From: Lingula anatina
Taxonomy: Eukaryota > Animalia > Brachiopoda
Reading direction: 5' to 3'
Assembly: GCA_051362555.1 (NCBI GenBank)
Contig: CM120642.1
Location: 12,462,001-12,526,000 of the forward strand
Length of the DNA: 64,000 bases
The notes beneath the pieces are model-generated. The model worked only from the letters and a program-made list of their open reading frames with translations. It was not told where the DNA came from and ran no database searches. The translations under genes and the position numbers were made by a program. Positions 37,701 through 52,890 of this stretch are shown one piece after another. Numbering within the stretch: position 1 is the stretch's first letter; each line of letters begins with the position of its first letter.

Positions 37701-38236
37701 AAGGGTGAATGTGGATAAAAGATAAAAGATAACTCTGTGGTTTTTGACTTCTGGGTTTTGTGGCGTCTTACAAAAGACGAGGGCTCTAATCTCTGGGCGT
37801 ATTCCATAAAAACGACTAAAATGAATATTTCTCTTAGCAAAAATCGTTAAAAATGTAAGTTAACTTGCGTTAGGCAAGAAAATAAAATAAAGATAGAAGA
37901 CCCCTTGTCTCGGCTTCTTTCCTGTCGTTTTCACTATGCTCCAAAAATTTGTCATTGTCTTACTTCCGAGGGTGACTACATTCTATTTTTGCATGTCAAC
38001 TACATTAATTATTGGCCAATCCTTCGTAAAATGTTCGGAGACTAATATCCCACAATACGACATTCCTTAATTAGCTGAACTAAGTTCAAATAACCTACGA
38101 CGTTTTGTGAAACGGGTCCTTGGTAACTGTAATATCGACCTACATACAATTTGCTCAGAGAGAAAACACAATATTTAATCGTTCGACAGCAGAGTATGTC
38201 AGGACATACATACCGTAAAAAAAGGCAGGTCATGTA

Positions 38237-38457
38237 TTTAAACGGCGTAGTTAAGGTACCCGTACAACGGCATCACCTCAAAATACATTAGATCTCCACT
38301 CATGCAGTTCTAAACGTACTTTGAACATCGAGTAAAATTTTGAAAAAATGTCTGCCTATTCTGTACAAATACACCCCTATCATAGCCAGTTTTCTCACAT
38401 AAATCAACGGCTAAAAAGTGTAAGACGTTATACGGGTACCTTAATTACACTGTTAAA
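38237..38457. mobile_element. MITE with ~35-40-bp inverted ends
   Basis: TTTAAACGGCGTAGTTAAGGTACCCGTACAACG vs rc of the right end TTTAACAGTGTAATTAAGGTACCCGTATAACG. Confidence 0.75.
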
Positions 38458-38755
38458 CCAACTAACTCGGCGCGAACGCTAGTTGACTAACGTAATAGAG
38501 AATGCGCCTTTAGTAGTGGTGTTCAATTTTTCTATGAATTATTGACATCGGGCACTCCCTAATGACCTACCTGGACATAACCAACTGAGAAAAAGTAAGT
38601 TGTCATTCACGGCTCATGAAGCGTCCAATGGTTACCGATGACGGACATTTGGTCCCCAACTTTTCCATTAAAAGGCAGTCCGTCACACACCATGATACCC
38701 TGTTTTCCTTCTCAAATATATTTGAATCAAATGTATAATTTAAAAAGGATATTCC

Positions 38756-38758
<3 letters not shown>

Positions 38759-38793
<35 letters not shown>
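38759..38793. repeat. (AG)n microsatellite
   Basis: Direct observation. Confidence 0.97.
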
Positions 38794-38795
<2 letters not shown>

Positions 38796-41700
38796 CATTA
38801 AAAAGAAATTGCTTCCTAGTCACATCTCAACATTTATCTGTGATGTATCCTTTGGCACATTGTTACTTTCATGACCAAGATGGATATAGGTCGCCCAGGC
38901 TGTTAGCATTTTACAAATTAAAGTAGTCAGCATATACACTTAACATTGGCAAGTCAAGTACAAATATTTCCCGTAACTTGCGTGAAGAGTTCTACCCCTG
39001 CGGCAAGGTTTCGCTTAGAGGTGATCAGTCAGGTTAAACCGAATTTTCTATCTTGCAGAGACACGCTCCATACTTGAACACTAAATAAAAGCATATTATG
39101 AAACAGATCTTCATATTACAATAGAAAAATGTTTTCCTGGAAATGTCAGCATTTTTCACTAATATCACCAAGGTACAGGTATGTAGCTAAGTACCGTAAA
39201 CTATAATTACGTTTTGCAGTGTCATCTTTATCTAAGTTGATCAAGCAGACGGAATGTGTTAGTTGAGAAACATTCGCACATGATGCCATAGGTATTAATC
39301 GATTCAAATGACTGACAGCCTACATGGGCATCATGTGGTTTGGACACCTCGCGAAAGATCTGAAACAAAATGTAGTCTGGTAAGTGGTTTCCAGTCGAAT
39401 TTTTCGTGCTTATTTTCCTGTTTCGAGGAGCATAAATACTACACTGTAGTACTACCAACTGTTTTCGCCCTAAAAGCAACAGCTTAGTTGTGCCACATCT
39501 TATTTTAACAAAATTTCTTCAAGAGGTCCAGCTTTCTACCCCTCTTTTAGCGGTCTGTGTTGTTCTTCGCCCGCCGCCAGTTGGTGGCTGAGTGTGGCCA
39601 GTTCATTTTGCAGCATCTTGATAAATGCTTTTCTCTTATTTGCATCATTGTGCATTATATCCCATCATTTGGTTAAAATCATTATTTAATATGTTTCCGC
39701 ATCCGAATCATATACAACTTAATTTTCCCGGCACGTAAGGGTTATGGCTTACATTTTAGTTGAGTGAAAGAGAGAGGATTTGGAAGCTTTAAAGACGGCT
39801 TGTGTAGTATCACTTATGAACAGTGCATCTGCCTAAAACAACCCATTTTCCATATACTCTGGTGGCCTGAGGCCTATGAAAAACCACGGTCTGCTGGCTG
39901 CTTTCTCATTAGTCTCAGATAGGTAGTACGTACCATTAACGTGTGGGTCTTTGCGAAACCGCTTTAAATGTAACCAAGAAGTGAAATGAACTCAAGGTCA
40001 CCCAGGGGGACCCGGACGCCTCGCCAAATGGCGTTATACATTGTATTTTGACATTAATGGTTTAATGAAGTCGTTCCAGCGTCACTAAGAGCAATTAATG
40101 TGGGATCAGTGTGAAGTTTCCCCATGGTATTATATCTCATTTATGAGGCAACTTCAAACCGGGGACCCAGATCTTTTCTCTATATGTTTTAGTATGTTTT
40201 CAGCCACAAATTTAAACCACACAGGTTTCGGCCGGCAAAGAATTTATCTAAACAGCAACTGTATAAACGTAAGTCTAGTTCGTTTTTGTTGGTTCTTGCT
40301 CCTCGATTTCTCACTAAAACTAATGAATTCTCGGTCGTGCTCTTACATGTCACAGGAAAACCCTGGACAACTAATCTTGCCATACTGTGTTGCGATATGG
40401 ATTCCAATCGGTTTGAGTTTAATCACTGTGTATGCACGCACTTTAAACACGCGCACGAATTCAAGCACTGGCAAAAGTGATGCAGAACGACATATGTTGT
40501 CTGTCCGACTTCCTACATCTATAATATCTATCTATTTATCTATCTATCTTTCTGCAAACCCGCGTGCGTTTCTATCTCTTCACCCATACAAAAACACGAA
40601 AGGCGTACGCCTCTTTTTCACACTTGCCACCACTCACGGAGATATGGTCTTCGTGATCTGACAGTCTCTTCGCCATGATGGATGGACAACAGGTTCATAT
40701 CTGACCCTCAGATGGACCTTGTTTCCATCTTCAAGCCCCATGTGACTGATGGCTCTATTTCCGGGCTATGATGAAGTGCCCTTCTCACCCACTTCCTAAA
40801 GAGGCAAATGGCGACGTGGTATTTCTCTGACACGAGATTTTTGGTAAAACATCAGTTGTTCTGGTTTGCTGTAATTGCTGCTTGGTTCGAGAAAACTGCC
40901 GGCACAGTATATCTTAAACTTTTTGTAACAGCTTTAAGCAACCCAGCTGCTGCATGTACATGTAGGGATCTTCTTATTGAAAAGTGCCCCTTACCGTATG
41001 CAAGAGATAACCGGCAACCAATGATGCGTTGCTGTATCCGCGTGGGTTGGGAGTAACTTATATGCTATCAGATAATGTCAACACAGAAGAATGCCTTAGC
41101 CTTGGCATTTCACTCAATAAATCACGCGTATTAGTTTTTATGTCTGTAAGAAGTATTCGTGTAGAAAGAAGGCATTAAACTTTTCATTATTTTGCAGTAA
41201 ATGTATCTTAAATCCATCTTGTAAATCATAGTATCTCTAAGACGAAGGAGTTGCTCAGAATCTTCGTAAAGTGTCAGAATCCCATTATTGACAATATTAG
41301 CAATATTAGCAATTTCCATCACGTTCCCAGTGGATTGACTTTTGAGGCTTTGGCAGCGTTTGATGTGAGTGACATAACGCTTCAACATTAACGTCTCTTG
41401 TGTGATTCATCACTTGTGACCTTGAAGTAGCAAAGCCGTTCAAATGTTCATGTCGGTCGAGGCCCTCAAAATGGGACAGAAAATTTGAAATGTATGAAAT
41501 TTCTTAAGACATCGACGGAAACCCGAACATTTCGGATTCAAATTCTACTTACTGGACATCTTAGTTCAATTATAAAAATGACATAAAAACAAAACAAAAA
41601 ACAAGATAGCCATCACAATGATTTCATTTTGAATTTTACTTTTAAGTCCAAAAAGTAATTTCTATTTATTCATTTATTCTTGAAAAAATATTTTCCGGCC

Positions 41701-44535
41701 AACTTCTGAAGTAGTAGTATTCTAGCGTATATAGCTCAGTACGGCCAGGAAGTCAGATACAAACCATGATACTGCCTTCAGATTGTAAATCTATGTCCCG
41801 CTGCCCTAAAACTAACAACAGTTGGCCATTACAAAAAGATTAACAGAGAAATGACCATTGGCTAACTCAACTATAATGGTCTCGATATCAAGCATTGAAC
41901 AAAGTACAAAAACCCAGAATTCTAGCGATCAAAAGCAAATCTCCAAAGTTTAGATATCTCATTCCTCATAACATTCAAAAGTTTATTTTAATTTTCATAG
42001 CGCGTCATGAACGTTATTGTAACACAAAGTACTAATTGCCCCATGGAGATATTATGAACCCTTTTCTGAATATAACTGACATTGCCAGCTTTACGCATTT
42101 TCTAAATACATTTTACAACACACGCAGAAGTTAAACAATAATAAAAATAAAGTCCAAAATTTAAGATAGCATCACTTAAAAACAATTTGTGGTCTTTTGT
42201 TTTGATCGCGCTAGAACGACGCGTCCAACGTCTGTACCGTGATGTCTTGATTCCGTAGGCAGTAAAAATCAAATCGATTTCTCTTTGGTTCGGACGAGCG
42301 CTATGGATTATATAAAAAGCTAATAAAAGTAATCTTGTGTTGATCGTGCTTTTTTGAAAGTCCGTTTGTTTTCGAAGCCCTGACAAGAATTATAAAACAA
42401 TCAAATCCTAGATTGAGTCAACAGAAATTGCCTGCCTTGTCATAACCTTATTCTTTAATAGCAGGTTTCCGCATCTTATGCTTAAACGAACATCAAAGGA
42501 CGCGAAATGCATTGTGATGTAGTAGCGTTTTTACATGTTTTTATCAGGTTCTTTGAAATTGTCGGGCGGCGCCAAGTTATCTAGACTTCGCATTCGTGGA
42601 CTCATTACGCTCGGTAGATGCATTATCTAGAAATAAACGGAAAGAGATGACATGTGCTGTTCCCAGATAATTGATAACTGCTTTTCTTTTCTTTCGACGT
42701 GCGAGGTAAATTCCGATTGATAGTCACTTTGAACAGTAGAATCAGTTCCTACGTTAATGCACACATAAGAGTATAACACACACAAACACAAACTGCAATG
42801 CGAAATACATTAATATCGGTTATTGAACGCATTCCATTCACAGCGACAATGAACTAACAGTGCATGCAACCTTAAATAAACTGTTTTTTCTTAAAGTGTT
42901 GTTTTGATCATTTTTACTACTGGAGTTATTTAAAGCAGCTATCTGAATAATAAGATATGATCAATAAGAAAAACTATATTAGCACGGGATACAATATCCC
43001 TTCGTCGGGAAACCAAAGTAACTGATTCTAACATACTGCAGTGTACATTCTTATGACACAATTAATAATATTTTGGTTGTATGGCAATTTTCGTAACTAA
43101 TGTCGATTTGTGCATCTCCCGTTGTTATACCAGAAACCATCTCATTTACGTATGGTTAGCAAAACAACACTACCAGCGTGAGAAACCCTATTCATAAAAC
43201 GGAAAACCCAAAGCAACTGTTTCTAAAGTAATATCTTTCGTTATGTCTTTCCCGTTATGAGGAAATGACTGCTTTTTCGGAAAATGTTATGTAAACTTGC
43301 CACGTCTAATTTCCGTTCCCAAAGGCTCGTATTTCCCCCAAGGATAGTTGTATTACTCAGTTGGAAATGAGGGAGTAAAATGTCAATCAAAAATATTAAA
43401 ATTAAGGCATTTTCCAGGCGTTAAGTTTAATCAAAGAAATATATCACAGGGTGGGTTTATATAAAATTTAAATGATAAAACAGGAACAGTGATTGTGGAT
43501 TACTGGAGGCAGTCAGTGGTGGGCTTCACTGATGCCAAGAACATTAAAACGCCATAGAATGTTGAATCTGCCGCCAGGAACAGGTGCTTGAACGTCTGCG
43601 TAGCTTAAAGACATACTTAATTGTCAAAGTATGTCAAGAATGGCATTAGCAAGGGAGAACCCTTTTCCAAAGTAATTTATTGTTGCAAAGCAAACATAAT
43701 GCTGTCCAGACTAAAAAGGCAATGAACAACTTGCAAGGATGTGCAAACTCAATCGCACGCTCGCAGCATCAATATTACAAAATGTTGTGCCATAATGACG
43801 CGCATAGGAATGTGGCGCCAGACTTTATGATATCATTGTCGGCACCCAGACAGATGTGAAATGTCACAATAGGGAATTACCTTGGAAACGTGCGGCACTT
43901 GATTTTACGTTCAAAATCAATGACTGGTCAAAGAAGAGCTATTTGTCATTCAGCATTAATGGACTCGCAATGAGAAATCTACGGCATACATCTTGATGCT
44001 ATACAGTGAGATCGGCTCCATATCTATTGTCTCGGAATCGGCAAGGTACACATAGATGCGATAACATGGTACCTTGAATTCAAAGAGTACGTTATGTGTA
44101 TCAGTTCAGCCTATCATATCCTTCACTACGACTTTCCCCGATTCATTCCGTTTTACAATAAAGGTAATCATGACCCTAATTTATCGACAAGCTTAAAGAG
44201 TCGCCAACAACACCGTGGAAATCAGGGAACCCAATTCGACTGGCTCATCCAAACGGTAAACGTGATTTAGCATATCCCCATATCTTTACCATACGTTTTT
44301 CTTGCAAATGGAAACCTTCTCAATAAGAAACGACGTTAATTGTAACAGTATGATGGATTAAGGGATGCATAAGCTTTGATGTGTGCCATGATTTTGTTGA
44401 TGTTAGATTGGTCAGAAGATAGGCAGGACCGTAGGGAACACTAACACCTGTTACACATCAACTGAAATATTCTGAAATGATGAGCCGATAGATTCGTAGC
44501 GCAGTAATCTCTCTTTTCGTCTAATTAAAGAATGC

Positions 44536-44580
<45 letters not shown>
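44536..44580. repeat. (TC)n microsatellite
   Basis: Direct observation. Confidence 0.95.
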
Positions 44581-44583
<3 letters not shown>

Positions 44584-45160
44584 ATTCCTGAAACAAAAAG
44601 CATGCATCTTGCTGTCATTAAGATATTTATCGCTACGTTGCCCTTTACATCGTACATTTATTTACAAGGTCTTACGTATGTATGGACCTTTCACTATGAG
44701 AATTTTTTGTCTTATGGAGTTTGCCCCCAAAGGCACTGCTACATTTCCAGAGCTCGAGTAGACAGTTTTAGATACCAAATGGGCCATGCCTGCCAAAACA
44801 GTGATTATTGCATTGGGGTAGCGGACCTGGAAATGGATACCTACATTTATCATTTATTTTTGAATTGCTTTAGACTACTTTGATAATTTTTCCTTACATA
44901 TATATATATATCGCGCCTCAAGGAATTAGGTAGTCTTACTTGCCTCACATTAGTATCCAATAACAAAATGGCAAAATACAGGAACCATACTGTTAATCGT
45001 TCACTAAATTAGAACCCCCTTGTGGTAAACCGACAAAAACAGAACGATCTCAAGTGATTTGGCATACATAGCAGTACTCTATTGTTCAATTAAGGTATAA
45101 AACTTATATTTCTGCAATGTAACTACTGGTATTCACATGTATATATAAACTACACCACCA

Positions 45161-45289
45161 AGAAACAATACGGAATCTGTCAAAGTAAAGTGATTGTAGA
45201 GAGGATTTTGTCTGAGAAAGATTTGTAGAAACAATACGGAATCTGTCAAAGTATAAAGTAATTGTAGAGAGGATTTTGTCCGAGAAACA
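45161..45289. repeat. Tandem duplication, 2 x ~66 bp
   Basis: AGAAACAATACGGAATCTGTCAAAGTA..TTGTAGAGAGGATTTTGTC occurs twice. Confidence 0.9.
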
Positions 45290-46784
45290 GTTTCATTTAC
45301 GGAAAACCACTTCTTAAGTAACAAAAATAAAAAATAAAGGTGTTACAATCGACAGTACCTGAGCCTCAATCTTTGCATCTTGCTCATAAAAAAAAAGAAT
45401 ATTGCCACTGCTTGCAATGGTTCTATAATTGCATTTACCGAAATGCGAAATGTAGCCATTGAAGACAGGTGCGCCATTGCCTTACCTCGAAACAAACCAT
45501 GAAAAGTTTCGCTTGTGGCGTTATCTTCTCTTACTTTGCTTTCCTCCTCACTGTTTCAAATACGATGCTTAGGTTCATAAATTTCCAAAGAAATTGATAC
45601 TATAGTGTTTTACGCAGAACCGTTTCCAGATTTATGATGGTTTTCAACCATACGCCTATAATGCGATTTAGTGTTATAGAAAGTGCAGCCTGTTTCTTGC
45701 ACTTAAGGTAGGTAGGTGGTCGGCTCATAAGAAGAGACTCCGAATGCGCCTTGCAATCAAGCAACCTTCTACGAAACTTATAGGTAATCCCTGCTAGTCT
45801 TGATTGCCTAAACACCAATCCGTCACCTTTCAAACAACAACAGGTAGAAGCAGTCCAATAATTGCTTTACAAGTTAGTCACCTTTAAAGATATTTTGTTT
45901 TCTCTCTCTAAAAAAAAATATTACTCAACCATTAAAAAAGTGAATTTGAACATAAACCACGTTTTCAGAACTTGAGATTAAACACTGCCTCAGTACTAAC
46001 ACTTGTTTGACGACTTTGCCTCCCTTGACGGATCAGGACAGGTCCAAAAGTTCTTATCAGTGCATCTCCACCACGTCACCTTAGCCGAACGACCACCTTG
46101 CCTTTATCCTACATAGACGTGCTTCGCCAGCAACTGCTGTATCTGGTGGCATTTAAGTAATGGAAAGATAATTGAACATTACTTTCAAAAGATCCTATAC
46201 CTCTTTCTCGGTGCAATGCACTTGCACTCGGATGTTTCCAAGAAGACGACTGTCGTGTCTGATTATGGGAATAAGCAAAGGCTTCTGCTCTTCGCTTCAT
46301 ATCAGCACGGGTTAAGTTTGTGATGGATTTACTTTTATCATACCCTTAGATTCAAGTGTCGTTGCTTGAACATGGTTAAGTAACTTCGTTACTTTACATG
46401 AAGTGTGTTGAAGATATCAACATATCTGTAATGGATATACTCCGGTCTGTTACCAATCTAAAACCCATGCGCTCGTAACCTTTTCGACAAGCAAAAAAGC
46501 GACAGATAATTCAAGATTCCGAGTAACTGCTCTGCCTTCTGTTTCAGGCCTTAGGTTAGATTTTAAAGCTTTTAAGGTGCTGAAATTGTATTGATCTTTT
46601 TGGCATTTCTTCGACGTCACGTCCAACTCTCTAAAAGGGTTTGTATTGACCGTTTGTCAGTTAAGAGTTGTTGAGTATGTGATCACACACACACTCATAC
46701 ACGCAAACACTCATGCACACACAGGCGAGCACACATACACTTTCAATAAAGACAACCACACAGACGCACACATACACCCTAAGA

Positions 46785-46936
46785 CAGAGGCGCATCCAGA
46801 GCTATTTACTGACAGTCTTCTAAATTATCTTTGTTGATCCATCCTGTATTTTTGACCGTCTTCCGAGAGAAAAAATTAGATATCCGTCAATGTAAACTTG
46901 AAAATCTGACCGTCTTCCGGCCTCAATCCGCCCCTG
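46785..46936 (+). mobile_element. hAT-like MITE family 1, copy 3 (5-bp TSD TAAGA)
   Basis: CAGAGGCGCATCCAGAG...CCGTCAATGTAAACTTGA...ATCCGCCCCTG; TAAGA on both flanks. Confidence 0.9.
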
Positions 46937-47927
46937 TAAGATACATGTAAAAACGACCACATCCAAATGCCGTTGGTATTATCTTATTTGAACCATTCTG
47001 AATATCGTCAAATATTAGAAGAATTATTGTACAGTGTATTAGCTTTAATTTCGCATCGCGTTTGTTGGGTTCTTCGCAATTTTCTTATGATAAATTGAAC
47101 GAGATCTTTTACATTTGTAACCTTTATCTATGTTCACCTATACGACGTTTGGTTTATAGTGATTCTGTGAATTATATAACCAAAATAACATAGAAACTAA
47201 TTTATCATCTATTAGCAGGTAATCAGCGCTCCCTGATCCATATCGCAAAAATTAGCTTTATTTCCTCGTCAACTGCTTAAGAGCGCAGACTTGATTCTGA
47301 GCTTGAAATTTGTATCGAATTCTCATACAAATGTTTGGGAAGCCCCGATATTCCCGACTTGCACGCAGTAATTGTAGGATCCGTGCCAGTTTGATAAAGG
47401 TTTTATTTGATTGTCTAAATTTAGCGTTCCAATTAGAGATTGGTATACATCTATTATAATAGCTGTTCATATGTAGAACAATCAGACCATCGTGTACAAT
47501 TACTGTGTTGACATCTAATTGATCAATCTATTGTCAAGAAAATGTATATACACACATATGAGACGGGGAAATGATAGAATTACACATGACAATCCAATCA
47601 AAGTGTACATAGAACACAATAAGAAGAAAAGAAAATACGTAAGCTTTTAATTACGTCCTTGTCAGAATTACCCAGATAATGCATTTGCCTATTATTTAAA
47701 ACTAAAAAGCGGACGGAATGAAAACAAGGTACATTTAATAGGTGCATTACGATGTCCCAGCGTCTGCCTTCGTGGTTACCTAGAAATGTGTCTATCATTA
47801 TACTGTATCTTACCATAAAATGAAATGCAGTAGTCGCTATTTGGAATGAATGTGTTAATAAGACAGTGGCTAACGGTGAACTCAAATCTGGTTATATGCC
47901 AAAACAACGTCCCAAGGTATACTGATG

Positions 47928-48112
47928 CAGGCCGTAACCAGCAGTTTCAAAAGGGGGGGAGGGGTTCTGAAAAGTGGACCTCTTACCATGAAGCCCTCAT
48001 GTACCTACAGGGTAGGTCATTTTTACCCAAAGCGGACCTTTTTAAAAGCGGGTGTTTCTTTCCACCCCCCACCCCCCACCTGATCCACCCCCCTCCCCCG
48101 GCTTCGGGTCTG
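47928..48112. mobile_element. hAT-like MITE family 2 (TSD TGATG/TGATA)
   Basis: CAGGCCGTAACC...GGCTTCGGGTCTG termini with G-rich left and C-rich right subtermini; a related left end CAGGCCCGTAGCCAGGGGGG occurs at 26599. Confidence 0.7.
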
Positions 48113-50301
48113 TGATATGTACCCCAAAACTAATTTCGAAAGTTAGAACGTGCTATTGAAACGACATTTTGCTAACACTACATTTACATCGGGACCCGTA
48201 TTCACGCCATGCACAACGGTAATTGACCTACAAGTAACCCTTTGACTTTTGAAACACAATTCTGACACATCTATAGCTGGTAAATCATATTCCATCTAAT
48301 TATCTTGGCAAATGAGGCAGATTGACTAAATTTACGAGACCGCGGTTCCATTAAGCGTCAACGTGTAGAGAGAATAATTATCACCGGGCATTTTACATAT
48401 TAACACGTGCACGTATCACAACAAGTAGCTCCTGGTGATAAAAACGATAACTTGTTTTCACTTTAAGTAAAAGAAAAGTTATCTAACTTATCCTTTGCCA
48501 TCAAACTACATTGTTTTGTATGCCCTTGTTTAAACCGTCTTAAATAGGCATTTTCTGCATTGTTCTGTTAGCTTCCTTGTTTCTCCTTTGCAAGAAGCAT
48601 ATATCTTAATTTATCCCCCAATCCCTTATAATAAACCTGTAGCACAAAACAATGTTTTATTAAGCCAACTGAAAAGCCAAGGAAAACACAGAACTGCTCG
48701 CTTGGCTTAACTCAAGACATGAACAATTCTTTAAAACGTATATGTATAGTGCATTATTTTAGTTTCAACCCAGAGAAATTGACAGGTGGTAAGTATTATA
48801 AAATTTGAAGAAAAGGCCTGATTGAGTAACGAATATATTGTTTAGAACATGACTTAAAGACACAGATTGCATAATTTTCCAAAGACCCTTCATACCCATA
48901 TGTTTAGAAATACAACTTCAACTTCTAGTCAACATATACTCTTGAAGAAGAAATGCAAATGCAGGGAATACATACAAGAAATATTAAAGAGACTTCTTTA
49001 AAGTGTATATTCATAGTGCATTCTTTTAGTTTGAAACCTCTTTAAGTGACCTGAGGTATGCACTATATCTTTTTTTCAAAACTTAAAAAGTTTTTTAATT
49101 GCATTTTCTTGCTGAATTTCCATATAACGTATCTTTGATTGAGGCAGTAAATACAACACCAGCACATGCATGAAAACTATTCACTTACGTTCCTTTGCTT
49201 GCACAGTGTGCTTTTTATAAATACTGTTATTTCATATATTTATAACATTGGACAGTTTCTCCTTGCTATTCTTCCGCATACATGACTTTCTGAGATGAAA
49301 ATAATATCGCTCAGATCTAAAGATGAGCAATGTCAATGGGAACACAGAAAAGCCATAACTACTTTATCTTCTCATTCACAAAGTTACTTACGTTTCTGCC
49401 AACAACTGGTAAAGTGCGGTAAGACGCGCAGGTAGACTTAAACAAGGTCGTTGGATGGGCCGCCGAAGTTAACTAACTTAAAATCATGTTTATTATTACT
49501 GCCAGTATGTTGGTGTTCTGTCGATTGAATTCAGCAATTATGGTGCTTCTACGGAGCTTAAGGTCACGTTTGCAATAAAACACATTAAGTGTAATTTTTT
49601 TTCATTTTTTTTTTTTTTTTTCATTTAATTTAGACGATGCTGGAGGTAAGTATTTTCCTATTTTCCTCCTTTTTCATGGCCTGTAAACTCGCCAATCAGG
49701 CGACTTATTTTTGATTACATTTACGTTACACGGTTTCTATCTAATAATCAGAGCACAATCTACGTCTTCGGATGTTCACCCAAGTAACAAAAAGCATTTT
49801 CTTGGGGCTTTTGAACAATTCGAGCGTAGCTTGACGTACCAACCATACGTTATTTTTGAAGTAAATCATGACGTCTGCGGGGAGCTTGCTGGGCAAATAT
49901 TGACATTCTGAGGACAACTTTGTGAACAGATCGTCTGCTCCAATCAAAGTGTTACCGCAAGCAAAGTATGATAAATGATCTCTGCTTAGAAGAATTTTGT
50001 TCAATGCAAGAGATAAAAGGAAAATTCTTATTGCTTCGCAAATGCGAAGCAAATTTGAACAGAGGGAGAATCTTCAGTGTCAGCATGCCAAATGTCATAA
50101 AAGAAAAGATAAATCAATAAAGAACCATCTAATTTGATGTAAATTATGAGTATTGCAAACAAAGCGTGATTTAAAACGTCTCAACATTAAGTGTTACATA
50201 AATAGAATTTAGAAATAAAAATAACTTGTATGTTGCTGTTTTGAAACTTCGTGAAAATCGAACCTACAGTGGTATATGATTATGTCATAAGATTCAGCTT
50301 G

Positions 50302-50645
50302 TACACTTGACCAAAAAAGTTTGGGCACATCGTTATTTTGAATAATAAAATATAAATAATCATATTAACTTAGGTGGATATTTTAATCACCGTACGTTAC
50401 TCTATTGAAATTTTGCAAGGAAAGGAATTCAGCGACCTTAATGAATGTGAGGCCAAATTATATTTTCACAAATCTTGCAAGTAAAGTGACGAAGTTTGAA
50501 GTTTGAGCAAGTCTTGACAATAAATAGTAAAAATCTTGATTTTTGGCATACAACATGTAGGCTACAGCTCAAATAAAGTTTTGAGGTTGCTCAGCATCAG
50601 GAATGTATGAAGCCTCCAGTGTACTGTCAAGACTTGCTCAAAATT
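50302..50645. mobile_element. Tc1-like non-autonomous remnant with internal 18-bp inverted repeat
   Basis: TA|CACTTGACCAAAAAAGTTTGGGCAC resembles Tc1 termini; TTTGAGCAAGTCTTGACA (50502-50519) is perfectly inverted at 50625-50642. Confidence 0.5.
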
Positions 50646-52793
50646 TTTCATGGAAATGCAAATGGAGTGACAAGGTTTAAAGGATGTGTGAAAGAAATGT
50701 GAAGGAAAGGGTGAAGGATAGAACCCACACATGTTAAACCATACGTATCTTGTCTTAAAAGGCTTAAAATAAGTTTATTTTTTGGTTTCTTAAAACCAAC
50801 ACGCGCCGACCTTTACTATGTCATATTGCAACCTGAAAAACACCGTATGAAATCAACAATGTACGTACGTTTAAAGATAACTGTTTTTGTAAAGGATTGT
50901 AATGAACCAAACAATATTTGTATGTTGGATGAAAATTGGAGTATTCAAAACAATGTACATTTTGCAATTTGCACCGGTAACTTATGATTATCGGAAGAAG
51001 CGTTTGTGCCGGCCGGCCTGCCCAGTGAAAGGGGTCGCCTAAAGTGAAAAGGGGCATTATAAAATATTTAGTAACTTAGTCTAATATAGGCCTACTCTGT
51101 GCAGATATTTTATCCGTCGTCCAATCCACAGTATTTGCAGATATAATTATGAACTGAAAAATTGTTTTTGATCCTTTTATAAACGTTAAATATACTTTGC
51201 CCAATCCATAAGATGCCCAGTACTACGTCTCACTGATACCGATGATGAAATCTCTGTGGGAAGAACAATAACGTTAATGCATCCATCTGGATCTTACATC
51301 GTCATTCAAGCTGTTATGCGTTAAATATACTTCCGTCAGTTAAAAAAAATCAAAGCACTTATCACTTCCTGGAGCGTCTGCGTAATTACCGTTAGATGTG
51401 GACCTGCCTGGAGCGAGTTAGAAACCTAGCTTTGATATCTACTGTAGAATCCGTTTACAAATATTAAGTCAAATATTGATAATTGCAATGATGTATAACC
51501 AAGGTAATGCACAAATGGTTTCGTGCGGAGTATAAATTGCTTCGGACAAAAGAGATGTCAATGCTTAAAGTCCCATTTCAATACCTTCCATAAGTGACAA
51601 ATTCTCCTTAGGTCTGTATTTATGCGGTGTTTACATGGAATACGCTCTTTAGATGTCCCTTTTCATTATTTTTTTCATTTATACATTTGTTTATCTGTTT
51701 GTTATCTACCACAAATTCTATCGATAGTCTTCACTTGTAGTTATTTTTTGCGTATCTTGTCTCATTTGGACTGAAAAGGAATAACACCCGTGAATAGCTA
51801 TGAAAGCCTTGTCCTTCTCTCTCTCATTACAAGTTTCCCATTAACTGCGACATAGAAAGTATACAAAATTGAAGCCGGGAACATAGGCCTACATATATGA
51901 CTTAATACTCGTTCTGGGCACCAAACCTCATTTTACCTTTGCGCAAATCTTGCAAATTTTAACGTCCTGCAAAATCCTCTTTTCTTTTATTACAATCACT
52001 TTCTTGCGCCTGCAACGGCTTCCATTATTTTCCAATTACCAGGACAACCCCGGCCATGTTAAGAGCCCCGGTGGATGTGTCGTTTGATTAATGAAGTATG
52101 CGAGTTAGTGATGGAAGTGCCGCGATCTGTGTGAATGACGCAGTTTTTCGTCAAATCACAGCATAATGTCGGTCCCTTGATGGCCAACAAGCCCATGGTT
52201 TGTTTCACACTGTTCAACAATGAAGCATTAAGAGAAGACTGATAGCTGACATGCTAATCTTATGGGACTGACATGGATGACCAAACTGTTAGTGCTAACT
52301 GAGGTACCTTTTTGACAAGCACTATATGTTATTAAATTATATTTAACATCACGTCATCAATTATGCCAAATTCGCCCATAGGACGGAAATGCTCATATCC
52401 AGGTTTAACAATCGCAAGAAAAAAATTACAGCGATTAACAATGCATGTAGCCTTAAGGTGTTTGCAACACTACCCCATACCAAGTACCATATCAATCACA
52501 TTAAGACTTTGCTCAAAACACAATTATACTTTGATCAATCATGCGTGTCCATTATTATCTGCCGTTGACCTGTTCAGTGGAGCTGATCCGTCAACCGTTG
52601 TTGACCATGAGCATTGAGAACAGATTAAAGGAACAGACAAAATGAAAGTGAAAAGAGATTCAGGTCATTTTACCATGGGACACAATCCCAAGGCTTGTTG
52701 CAAGATGTTGGCGACACTCGGCTCTGCGTGTAAACTGAATTGTATACTTTAAACTAAAACGTATACTTTAAACGTATACACATTTTGCTTTTA

Positions 52794-52796
<3 letters not shown>

Positions 52797-52888
<92 letters not shown>
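52797..52888. repeat. (AT)n microsatellite
   Basis: Direct observation. Confidence 0.97.

Positions 52889-52890
<2 letters not shown>

Noticed and set aside
40098-40661. 187-aa ORF, the longest unexplained one
   Set aside because: No domain-like features, runs through an (ATCT)n low-complexity tract, no supporting splice structure
41723-41810. tRNA-like start GCGTATATAGCTCAGT
   Set aside because: No B-box or cloverleaf follows
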